From the IMG/VR virus record IMGVR_UViG_2823817231_000001, positions 20,111-84,110 of that record: a stretch of DNA of 64,000 bases; one strand, 5' to 3'. Origin of the DNA: a virus (taxonomy: Duplodnaviria; Caudoviricetes). Shown piece by piece: positions 35,710-44,585 of this stretch (positions are counted from its first letter, which is position 1; each line of letters starts with the position of its first letter). The notes under the pieces are model-generated. The model was not told where the DNA came from and ran no database searches. It saw only the letters and a program-made list of their open reading frames with translations. Both the position numbers and the translations under genes were made by a program.

Positions 35710-35892
35710 ATCTGTTCCACCCCTGATATTTCGACGCCAGCGGAGCGGCAGGCCACAAAGGTTCCCGATGGCGGGGCGACCAACATTGGCGTTGATACCG
35801 CCAAGATGCGGCGCGCGGCGCTTGCGGGCCTGATGACCAGCCCGGCCGGGACGCTGAGCGCGCCCACCGTGGCCAAGCCGACCCTTGGCTGA
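35710..35892 (+). CDS. Small virion-associated protein with ATC start
   Basis: AGGAGG-5bp-ATC; (M)CSTPDISTPAERQATK...KPTLG*; TGATG-coupled to portal. Confidence 0.6.
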   Translation: MCSTPDISTPAERQATKVPDGGATNIGVDTAKMRRAALAGLMTSPAGTLSAPTVAKPTLG

Positions 35893-37565
35893 TGGATCAG
35901 GCCAAAGCCCAGACCCTGCGCCAGAGCCTGCAAACGCAGCTTGAGGGCATGAAATCCATTCGGACCGATTATGAGGGCGAATGGAACGATATTGCGCGCT
36001 TTGCCCAGCCTGCGCGCTCCCGCTTCCTGACCAATGCGCGGGACCGTGGCGGGCGGCGGCGCATCCGCAACAACCGCCTGCTTGACCCCAAGGGCATCGA
36101 GGCGTTCCGCACGCTGACCAACGGCATGACCTCCGGCCTGTCGAGCATTTCGCGGCCTTGGTTCCTGTTGACCATTGGCGACCCGGAATTGGCCCAGCAT
36201 CCCGAAGTCAAGGCGTGGCTGGCTGAGGTCGAGAAGCGCCTCTACGACTTCCTCGCCTTCACGAACTTCTATGGCGCGCTCAAGGCGGGCTATGCCGAGT
36301 TGGGCCTGTTCGGGACTGAGGCCTGCGTGATGGTCGAGGATCGCCAATTCGGCGCGGTCTGCCATGCCATGACGGCGGGTGAATACTGGATCGCCATCAG
36401 CGCCTCGCTCAAGCCTGACACGCTGTTCCGCTATTGCCCGATGGACGTTCGCCAGGCGGTGCAGACCTTCGGCGCCCGCGTGGCGCCATGGGTGCGCCAA
36501 GCCTACAACGCCTCGAACTATACCCAGCTTGTCGAATATTATCAGGCGATCCAGCCCAACCCGGACTATAACCCGGAGAAGCTGGGCTCCAAGCCCTATC
36601 GCTCGGTCTATTGGGATCAGGGCGACACCCGCGCCGATGGGCTGACGCGGGTTTCTGGCTATGACGAGCAGCCCTTTTGGGCGCCGCGCTGGGATGTGGT
36701 GGGCGGCGATACCTATGGCGTCTCGCCGGGCATGGACGCCCTGCCCGCGCTGCGCGAATTGCAGATGCAGACCAAGCGCCGGAACGAAGCCATCGACGGC
36801 ATGGTCAAGCCGGAGAAGATCGCGCCGCCCTCGGTGCGCCTGACCGGAGAGCCGGGGCGCACGGTACGCGGCACCGGTATTACTGCCGATCAGATCATCA
36901 TCCCCTACCAGATACCCCATCAGGCGGTGCTGGCCATCGGCGGCGAGATCGACAAGCTCTATGTGCAGATCGACGCGCTTTCCTATGCCGACCTGTTCAA
37001 CGCCATCACCAACATGCAGGGCATCCAGCCGCGCAACATGGAGGAGATCGCCTCGCGCAATGAGGAAAAGCTGACCCAGCTTGGCCCGGTGATCGAGCGC
37101 GTTTCGGATGAGAAGCTGCAACCGGCCATCGACCGCGCCTTTGGCATCATGGATCGCGGCGGGATGCTGCCGCCTGTGCCGTCTGTTCTGGCCCAAATGG
37201 CGGGGATGCCGATCAAGGTCGAGTTTATCTCGATCCTCCACCAGATGCAGCGCATGATCGGCATTGGCCAGATGGAGCGCGTGGTGGGCTTCATCGGCAA
37301 TCTGGCAGGGGCCGACCCGACCGCGCTCGACAAGCTCGATACGGACGCCACGATTGACGAATATGCCTATCGCGTGGGCGCGCCGGTCAAGATGCTGCGT
37401 TCGGACGAGGATGCGCAGAAGATCCGCCAGCAGCGCGCCCAGCAGCAGCAAGCCCAGATGGCGGCCATGGCGCCAGCGGCGCAGCAGGGCGCGCAGGCCG
37501 CGCGTCTGCTCTCCGAAACCGATGCCGGGGGCCAGTCGATGCTTGATCGGCTTATCCAGCCATGA
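35892..37565 (+). CDS. Portal (head-to-tail connecting) protein, podovirus type
   Basis: GMTSGLSSISRPWF, LGLFGT, PRWDVVGGDTYGVSPG, EEKLTQLGPVIER. Confidence 0.93.
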   Translation: MDQAKAQTLRQSLQTQLEGMKSIRTDYEGEWNDIARFAQPARSRFLTNARDRGGRRRIRNNRLLDPKGIEAFRTLTNGMTSGLSSISRPWFLLTIGDPELAQHPEVKAWLAEVEKRLYDFLAFTNFYGALKAGYAELGLFGTEACVMVEDRQFGAVCHAMTAGEYWIAISASLKPDTLFRYCPMDVRQAVQTFGARVAPWVRQAYNASNYTQLVEYYQAIQPNPDYNPEKLGSKPYRSVYWDQGDTRADGLTRVSGYDEQPFWAPRWDVVGGDTYGVSPGMDALPALRELQMQTKRRNEAIDGMVKPEKIAPPSVRLTGEPGRTVRGTGITADQIIIPYQIPHQAVLAIGGEIDKLYVQIDALSYADLFNAITNMQGIQPRNMEEIASRNEEKLTQLGPVIERVSDEKLQPAIDRAFGIMDRGGMLPPVPSVLAQMAGMPIKVEFISILHQMQRMIGIGQMERVVGFIGNLAGADPTALDKLDTDATIDEYAYRVGAPVKMLRSDEDAQKIRQQRAQQQQAQMAAMAPAAQQGAQAARLLSETDAGGQSMLDRLIQP

Positions 37566-37918
37566 GCGGCTTTGACGGCGATGATGCCGAATATCTCCTG
37601 AATCGCCCGGAGTTTCTGCGCTTCCTGTTCGCCGCGATTCAAGGCGCGGGCATCCTCGGCCAATACGCTCCTGCCAATGGGCAAATGGGGCGCGATCTCG
37701 GCCATTTCGAGGGGCGCCGAAGCCTGGGGTTTGAATTGCTCATGCTTGCCGATGCTGGACAGCCTGAGCCGCTGCGTTCGCCCGAAGCGCTGGCAACGCT
37801 CGATCTGATCCTGCGCGAAGCCCTGAACCCCAAGCCCAAACCCAAGGACAAGCAACGTGACCACCGAAAGCCCGACCCCAGCCTCGACCGATACGCCGCC
37901 CTCGGCGGGGACGACTGA
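37562..37918 (+). CDS. Bbp19-like head protein
   Basis: FLRFLF...FEGRRSLGFEL; position after portal. Confidence 0.7.
   Translation: MSGFDGDDAEYLLNRPEFLRFLFAAIQGAGILGQYAPANGQMGRDLGHFEGRRSLGFELLMLADAGQPEPLRSPEALATLDLILREALNPKPKPKDKQRDHRKPDPSLDRYAALGGDD
37633..37666 (+). promoter_or_regulatory. Putative late promoter CGCGATTCAA-N18-CAATAC (intragenic)
   Basis: Same motif and spacing; upstream of scaffold/capsid. Confidence 0.55.
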
Positions 37919-38597
37919 TGCACCGCCCGCCGCCGCGCCGGAGGTTGCCCCTGTCGCGCCCGCAGCCAGTGAGGAAGGCGACCTTGAAACCGTGCTGGGC
38001 GGTGCGGCGCCCGAAGCAGGCGGCGAAGGCAAGGTAGAGGGCGAAGGTGAGGCCAAGCCCGAAGGCGAGGAGGCCCCGCCCGCTGGTGCGCCGGAAGCCT
38101 ATGAATTGTCGCTGGAAGGCGTGACGCTCGACACGGAACTGGTCGCAGCGGCGGAACCGATTTTCCGCGAACTGAACCTGACCAACGATCAGGCCAATGC
38201 CCTGTTGCCGCTGGCCCCGCAGATCATGGAAAAGGCGCAGGCGTCCGTGGTGCAGCACCTGATCGAACAGGGCGCGTCCCAGCGCAAGGGCTGGCATGAC
38301 GCCTTCAAGGCTGATCCCGACATTGGCGGGGCCAAGATGGAAGAAAGCGCCCATCTGGCCGCCAAGGGGCTGGATGGGCTCGGCTTCAAGGCCACCGGCT
38401 TTGGCGAGGGCGGCAAAGACCCCCACCCCTTCCGCGCCGCGCTCAACGAAACCGGGTTTGGCAACCACCCCGATATGATCCGCGCCTTTCGCGCCATTGG
38501 CGAAATGATGGGCGAGGATGGCCTGTTCCCCCGCGAAGGCGCCGCGCCGCGCGAGAATATTCCCGCCCACAAGGCCCTCTACCCCAACGAAACCTGA
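37857..38597 (+). CDS. Capsid scaffolding protein
   Basis: Acidic Pro-rich N-terminus; APEAYEL, DPDIGG, GFGNHPDMIRAF. Confidence 0.85.
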   Translation: MTTESPTPASTDTPPSAGTTDAPPAAAPEVAPVAPAASEEGDLETVLGGAAPEAGGEGKVEGEGEAKPEGEEAPPAGAPEAYELSLEGVTLDTELVAAAEPIFRELNLTNDQANALLPLAPQIMEKAQASVVQHLIEQGASQRKGWHDAFKADPDIGGAKMEESAHLAAKGLDGLGFKATGFGEGGKDPHPFRAALNETGFGNHPDMIRAFRAIGEMMGEDGLFPREGAAPRENIPAHKALYPNET

Positions 38598-38611
38598 AAG
38601 GAGTGTGATCC

Positions 38612-39628
38612 ATGGCCATTCTCGGCTCCACCTATTGGAATTTGATCGATGCGTTGAAGGCGCAGGACCTGAACGCCGAGGCCGCCGTAGCCGAGGTGCT
38701 GCATCAGTTCACGCCCTTCCTCAAGGACGCGAATGTGCAGTCCTGCAACAAGGGGACCAAGCACGCGATTTCGATCCGTTCCGGCCTGCCTTCGGTTTCG
38801 TGGGGTGCGCTCTATCAGGGCATCGCCCAGAGCAAGGGCAACTATACGACCGTCGAGGAAACGACCGGCTTTGTCGAAGGCCTCTCGAGCGTCGATACGC
38901 GCCTGCTTGGCCTCTATCCGAACGAAACCGGCAAGCTGCGCCTGATGGAGGCGCAAGGCTTTATCGAAGCCATTGCGCAGGCCTTGAGTAGCGCGATCTG
39001 GTATTCGGACGTTCGCACCTCGCCCACGCAGTTCCACGGCATGGCCCCGCGCTATAACTCGCTGGCCAACAAGAACGTCATCAACGGCGGCGGTTCCGGT
39101 TCGGACAATATGTCGATCTGGTTTGTCACCCATGGCGACATGCAGACCTCGATGCTGACCCCGCAGAGCATTGCGGCCGGTCTGCGCCGTGAGGACAAGG
39201 GCGAGCAGCGCGTTCTCGACGGCAATGGCAACCCCTATTACGTTAAGGAAGAAATGTTCTGCCAGCACGCGGGCATTGGCGTGAAGGATTGGCGCTGGAA
39301 TACGCGCATCGCCAATATCGACGTGTCCGATGTGGTGGCTGGCACGGTCGTCCTGAACCCGTTGCTGCGCAAGGCCTATCACAAGCTGCAAGGCACCCAT
39401 GCCTATCAGATGGACAAGCCGGGCGTGGCAGCGCCGGGCCGCACGGTCATTTACATGAACCGCACGGCCTTTGAGGCGCTGGATGCGGAAAGCACCAATT
39501 CGCGCGCCACGGACAATTTCATTCGCCTGACGCCGATGGAGATCCAGGGCGAAGAAGTCCAGACGTGGCGCGGCATTCCGATCCGCCGCGACGACACGCT
39601 GGTCGAAACCGAAACGCTTGTGGCATAA
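38612..39628 (+). CDS. Major capsid protein (BPP-1 Bbp17-like)
   Basis: RSGLPSVSW, GIGVKDWR..RIANIDV, GIPIRRDD. Confidence 0.92.
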   Translation: MAILGSTYWNLIDALKAQDLNAEAAVAEVLHQFTPFLKDANVQSCNKGTKHAISIRSGLPSVSWGALYQGIAQSKGNYTTVEETTGFVEGLSSVDTRLLGLYPNETGKLRLMEAQGFIEAIAQALSSAIWYSDVRTSPTQFHGMAPRYNSLANKNVINGGGSGSDNMSIWFVTHGDMQTSMLTPQSIAAGLRREDKGEQRVLDGNGNPYYVKEEMFCQHAGIGVKDWRWNTRIANIDVSDVVAGTVVLNPLLRKAYHKLQGTHAYQMDKPGVAAPGRTVIYMNRTAFEALDAESTNSRATDNFIRLTPMEIQGEEVQTWRGIPIRRDDTLVETETLVA

Positions 39629-39640
39629 GGAGCAAAGGCC

Positions 39641-40084
39641 ATGATCTGGGATAACACCCTCATTTTCAGCACCAATCAGGCTGTTACTGCCGATGCTGCA
39701 TCGACCAATGTTCTCGACCTTGGCAAGACGGGCGCGCCCTTTGGCGGCTCGGCCATTGTGCGCGATTTGGGCGTGGGCAACGAGGTGCCGATTTCGGTTC
39801 TGGTGACGGAAACCTTCAACAACCTGACCTCGATGAACGTCAAGGTGGACCGTTCGCCGGACAATGCCACGTGGACGACCGTCTATCAGTCGGGCGAAGT
39901 GCCGCTGGCTAACCTTGTCGCGGGCTATCAGTTCAAGTGCCCGGCTGAACTCGATCTGGGTGTCAACGCGCGCTATGTGCGCCTGTATTACGACATCACC
40001 GGCACCGCGCCGACCACCGGCAAGATCACGGCGGGCGTGGTGGCTGCGCGTCAGACCAACAGCGCCATGGGCGTGGCAATCTAA
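39641..40084 (+). CDS. Capsid cement protein (Bbp16-like)
   Basis: QAVTADAASTNVLDLG...RYVRLYY...TGKITAGVV. Confidence 0.88.
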   Translation: MIWDNTLIFSTNQAVTADAASTNVLDLGKTGAPFGGSAIVRDLGVGNEVPISVLVTETFNNLTSMNVKVDRSPDNATWTTVYQSGEVPLANLVAGYQFKCPAELDLGVNARYVRLYYDITGTAPTTGKITAGVVAARQTNSAMGVAI

Positions 40085-40090
40085 GGAAGC

Positions 40091-40315
40091 ATGACGATGG
40101 CAACCTATCGCGCCAATGGCAGTCCGATCTATCTGTGCGACGAAGGCCGCATGGTGGCCGATGGTGATCTGTTCACCACCAAGGCCATCCCCGGCAAGTT
40201 CTGGGAACCGCAGGACGATGAGGCGCAGGCCGCCTGCAAAGCCCGGTTCCCCGAAAATTACACCGCCGACGAGGCTCCGGCTGACGAGGCAAAAACCGGC
40301 CGCAAGACTTCCTGA
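40091..40315 (+). CDS. Small hypothetical head-region protein
   Basis: AAGGAAG RBS; follows the cement gene. Confidence 0.6.
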   Translation: MTMATYRANGSPIYLCDEGRMVADGDLFTTKAIPGKFWEPQDDEAQAACKARFPENYTADEAPADEAKTGRKTS

Positions 40316-40324
40316 ACTTGGGGA

Positions 40325-40354
40325 GGGGCTGGGAGCAATCCCGGCCCCGTTTTC
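40325..40354 (+). terminator. Rho-independent terminator
   Basis: GGGGCTGGGA-gcaa-TCCCGGCCCC-GTTTT. Confidence 0.75.
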
Positions 40355-40431
40355 TATGGTGCGTTGCGCGCCTTGAAAATACTTTTCCCAAATGTATTCT
40401 CAAAGAAAGTTGCGCACCAAAGGCTACAGCA

Positions 40432-40677
40432 ATGCCGAAATATGATCCGTTGCAGGAATTTCTTGAAAATTGCGGTTCGGATCGAATTTCATTGAGCTTC
40501 GATCAAATAGGAAGAATGGTCGGCGGCCTGCCGCCCACTGCATACAAAAACGATGAATGGTGGGCCAACGAGGATGTGCGCACCACTCGACATTCGCAGT
40601 GCAAATCCTGGCAAGGCGCAGGCTTCCGAGCTTCGGCACACCGCAATTCTAGGACAGTTGAATTCGTTCGGATATAA
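40432..40677 (+). CDS. Small moron protein (KYDPL...WWAN family)
   Basis: MPKYDPLQEFL...LSFDQI...LPPTAY...WWAN...SWQGAGF; low GC. Confidence 0.75.
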   Translation: MPKYDPLQEFLENCGSDRISLSFDQIGRMVGGLPPTAYKNDEWWANEDVRTTRHSQCKSWQGAGFRASAHRNSRTVEFVRI

Positions 40678-40754
40678 CATTCTGCAATATGGCATTGAGT
40701 TTGCCCATTTACCTGCCTTCCATCGTTCTCTCGATTTTTCCGACTTAATGAGCC

Positions 40755-40788
40755 CGCGATTCAATCGCCGCTGAACTGAGCCTAGCAG
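40755..40788 (+). promoter_or_regulatory. Putative late promoter CGCGATTCAA-N18-TAGCAG
   Basis: Same motif and spacing. Confidence 0.7.
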
Positions 40789-40825
40789 GGGAACAACCCC
40801 CACCTCTGCTTAGGAGCCCGCCGCC

Positions 40826-41461
40826 TTGGCCTCTCTCATCACCCTCTGCAATGAGGCGCTGTCCACCATCGCGGCCGGGCAGATCTCCATGATCGACGAG
40901 CCATCCATCGAGGCCCGCGAATGCAAGCGCTGGGCGCCGACCGTGTTGGCGGAAATGGCCGATTGGACATCGTGGTCCAGCGCCATCAAGCGGGCGCCGC
41001 TGGCCCGCACGCTCAATGATCGCGGCGCGGAATGGCTTTGCGCCTATGCAGCCCCTGCCGATATGGCCGATCCTGTTGCCCTGCGAGAGCCTGAGGCGGA
41101 TGCAGAATGGTTGCCGCCCTATGGCCCCGGCACCTTTCCCGCGCAGGACGCCATGGCCATTCCCTTCATTTATGAGGGCGGCAAGATCTATGCGAACATC
41201 GTCGGCGCGATCCTCGTTTACACCTCAAGCACTATGGACCCCGGCCTTATCCGCCCGCTGGTGCGCCGCGCCTTTGTGCTGGAACTGGCCGCGCGCCTTG
41301 CGCTGCCCATCAAGAAGGACGCGAAGCTGGCGCAGGCCATCAGCCAGCAAGCCGAGGTCGCGCGCAATCGCGCCATTGCCGACGAGGAAAACAAGAACCC
41401 ACGCCGCGATCCTGAATATGTCTCGCAAGCCGAATGGGCGCGCATGGGGGTCGGCCTGTGA
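40826..41461 (+). CDS. Tail tubular protein A (adaptor)
   Basis: LCNEALSTI...EARECKR...WSSAIKR...LAARLALPI. Confidence 0.85.
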   Translation: MASLITLCNEALSTIAAGQISMIDEPSIEARECKRWAPTVLAEMADWTSWSSAIKRAPLARTLNDRGAEWLCAYAAPADMADPVALREPEADAEWLPPYGPGTFPAQDAMAIPFIYEGGKIYANIVGAILVYTSSTMDPGLIRPLVRRAFVLELAARLALPIKKDAKLAQAISQQAEVARNRAIADEENKNPRRDPEYVSQAEWARMGVGL

Positions 41462-43558
41462 GTTTCCGGGTTGGCCAGGTCAGTTTCAGCCGCGGCGAAA
41501 TCGCGCCCCCACCTCTATGCCCGCTTTGATGTGGAGGCATGGCAGTCGGGCCTGAAAACCGTGCTCAATGTGTTCGTTCTGAAATATGGCGGCGTGTGCA
41601 AACGCCCCGGCACCCAGCTTGTGGCCGAGGTCATCGACGCCAGCGGCGACAATCGCCTGATGCCGTTCCAGTTCTCGCTGACGCAGGCCTATGCGCTGGA
41701 ATGGGGCAACCACTATGTTTCGCCCTGCGCCTTTGGCGGGCGCGTTCTGGATGGCACCACGCCCTATCAATGCCCCTCGCCCTATGCCGCCTCTGAACTG
41801 GCCGATCTGGATTATGAGCAAACCACCGATACGGTCTATCTGGCCCATATCGACCATGTGCCAAGCAAGCTGACCCGCAGCGGCAACACCGATTGGGCGG
41901 TGTCGGGGGTCAGTTTTGCGCCAACCATTTCAGCGCCGACCGGCCTGGGCGTTACCGCCTACATCCCCAATCAGGACCAAGGAAACAGCGGCGCGGCCTA
42001 TTATCCTGTTCGCCAGACCTATGTCGTTACCGCCGTCAATGACGACACCGGCGAGGAAAGCCGGGCCAGCGCATCGATCGAGGTTCAGAACGATCTGAGC
42101 CTCAAGCGCAATTACAACTATCTGACATGGACAGCGGTGGACGGGGCGAGCCGTTACAAAGTCTATAAGGCTGATGAAAGCCAGTGGTTTGGCTATATCG
42201 GTACGACCGAAAAGCTGTGGTTCACGGATAACAACATCGGGCCCGCGCTCGATGAGGCGCCCCCTCAGGCCTATAACCCCTTCCCCGGCGCGGGGGATTA
42301 TCCCTCCTCGGTCACGCTGTTTGAGCAGCGCTCCGTCTGGGGTCGAACCGCCAATGTCCCGCATGGCATCTGGGGCTCACGCACCGGGCGCATGGAAAAT
42401 ATGGACCGGTCGCGCCCGCTACAGGCCGATGACTGCTTTTCGCTGGCCATCGCCGGGGGCAAGGTCAACGCCATCAATCATGTGGTGGCCACTTCGGGCC
42501 TTGTGGCGCTGACCTCAGACGCGATCTGGTCGGTCGATGGGGATGGACAAGGCGGCGCGATCTCGGCGGCCTCTGCGCCCTCTGTGCGGCGCCAGAGCGG
42601 GCGCAGCGCCTCGCGCCTGAAACCGCTGCTGGTCGATAACGTGATTTTCTACACGCCTGCTGCCGGTTCAGCCGTCCGCACGATTGGCTATGACTTCTCG
42701 ATTGATGGGCTCAAGACCAATGACGTCTCAATCTTCTCGCCCCATTTCCTTGAACAACATCGCATCGTGTCATGGTGCCATGCTCAAGAGCCGCGCTCTC
42801 TGATCTGGGCCGCCCGCGAGGATGGTGCGCTGCTGTGCTTTGCATGGGAGCAGGAGCAGAACGTGTGGGGCTGGACCCTGTGCGAGACGGACGGGCTTGT
42901 GAAGTCGGTCTGCTCGATCTTTGAGGATGGCGAGGACCGGGTTTATCTGATCGTCGAGCGCGTAATCGCTGGAGTGACGCGGCGCTTCGTCGAGCGCATG
43001 GCCTCGCATTGGTGGAGCGATGTGGCCGATACCTGCTTTGTCGATTGCGCCGTCTCGGCATCCTTCGATGAGCCTCGCCGCACCTTTACCGGCCTCGACC
43101 ATCTGAACGGGCGAACCGATATTGCCGGGGTTGCCGATGGCTTTGTGGTGACGGGTCTGACCGTGACCGATGGCGCGGTGACGCTGCCCACCTCCCTGCC
43201 CGCCTGCCGCAAGGCTTGCTTTGGCATCCCCTATCGCGTGGCCGTCGAAACCCTGCCCTATCGCGCCAATCTGCAAGGGATCGGCATGAATGTGGGGCGG
43301 TCGCACAATGTCGGTGAGGCGGTGCTGATCCTGCGCAATTCGCGCCAGATCCTTGCCGGCATCGATGCGGATCATCTGTTCATGGTCAAATCGCGCATGA
43401 CCGAAGCCTATGCCCAGCCCGACGAGCTGATGAACGGCGAATATACCGTCAACATGGACAATAAGGTTTCGGACAATGCGGCCGTCAGGATCGAGCAGAC
43501 CGCCCCCCTGCCCTTCACGCTGCTGGGCGTGGCCTACGATCCGGTGATTAATGGCTAG
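41458..43558 (+). pseudogene. Tail tubular protein B (nozzle) with an apparent +1 frameshift at C5 41506-41510
   Basis: GTG 41458 MSFRVGQVSFSRGEIAP joins HLYARFDV...KYGGVCKRPGT only if one C is removed. Confidence 0.75.
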
Positions 43559-44012
43559 GGCCGTCACCATCGTTCCGGCCCGCCATGCCCATATCGGGGC
43601 CATTGTGCGGCACATGCGCGCCATCGATGCGCTGGAATGCCGCGCCTTTGGCCGGGAGCCCAAGACCGCGCTGCGCGTGGGACTGGCCAACAGTGCAAAG
43701 GCGTGGACGGCGCTGGTCGATGGGCGCCCTGCGGCGATGTTCGGCGTGGTGGTCAATTCGGTGCTGACCGGCGATGCGGTGCCGTGGTTCCTCGGCACGG
43801 ATGAGGTCTATCGCCATGGCCGGGAATTGCTGGCGTGGGGGCCGGGCCTGATCGAGCGCCTGTGCGATTCAACGCTGACCCTGCGCAATCTAGTGTCGGT
43901 CCACAACACCAAGGCCATCCGCTTGCTGGAGCGGTGGGGCTTTTCAGTGCGAAGGGAGGTGATCTTGTCCGCCGGGGTTGAGTTCTATCCGTTTGAAAAG
44001 GTGCCAGGCTGA
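43551..44012 (+). CDS. T7 gp13-like/GNAT-fold virion assembly protein
   Basis: MRAIDALEC...PWFLGT...NLVSVHNTKAIRLLERWGF. Confidence 0.8.
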   Translation: MARAVTIVPARHAHIGAIVRHMRAIDALECRAFGREPKTALRVGLANSAKAWTALVDGRPAAMFGVVVNSVLTGDAVPWFLGTDEVYRHGRELLAWGPGLIERLCDSTLTLRNLVSVHNTKAIRLLERWGFSVRREVILSAGVEFYPFEKVPG

Positions 44013-44584
44013 TGTGCGATCCCCTCACGCTTACCGCCGCGGCTGCGGCAACAGCGGCCATCGGCACAGGCGTCGGCGCCGTGCAGGCCTCCAGCATGGC
44101 CAACTATCGCGCGCAGATTGCCGACCGCAACGCCACGCTGGAAATGCAGGCGGCGCAGACCGAGCAGGAAAACACCCGTCAGGCCGCGCTCGACCATTAC
44201 CGCAAGGTGGCCCAGCTCAAGGGTCAACAGATCGTCGGCGCTGCGGGCAATGGCGTGTCGGTCGATTTCGGGACTGCGGCCGATACGGTGAGCGACACCA
44301 ACATGCTGGCCGCCGAGGACGCCAACCGGATCTATCGGCAGGGCTTTCAGGCGGTGCGTAATCACGACATCAACGCGGCGAACTATAGCGCCGAGGCAGC
44401 TTCACAGCGCTCAGAGGCGGGCGCGTCTCTGCTCAAGGGGGCCTTCGATATGAGCGGGACCGTGCTGGGCGGGGCATCGCAATATTCCAAGCTGAAGGCC
44501 GGTATAAATTTGGCGAACAACGCCCGGTCGGCGGCAAGCGGCATTCGTGTGACGAATGGTGCGGCGTCTGGGTGGGGGTTCTAA
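44012..44584 (+). CDS. Internal virion (ejection) protein, gp14-like
   Basis: MCDPLTL, Ala/Gln-rich, GNGVSVDFGTA. Confidence 0.8.
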   Translation: MCDPLTLTAAAAATAAIGTGVGAVQASSMANYRAQIADRNATLEMQAAQTEQENTRQAALDHYRKVAQLKGQQIVGAAGNGVSVDFGTAADTVSDTNMLAAEDANRIYRQGFQAVRNHDINAANYSAEAASQRSEAGASLLKGAFDMSGTVLGGASQYSKLKAGINLANNARSAASGIRVTNGAASGWGF

Positions 44585-44585
44585 C

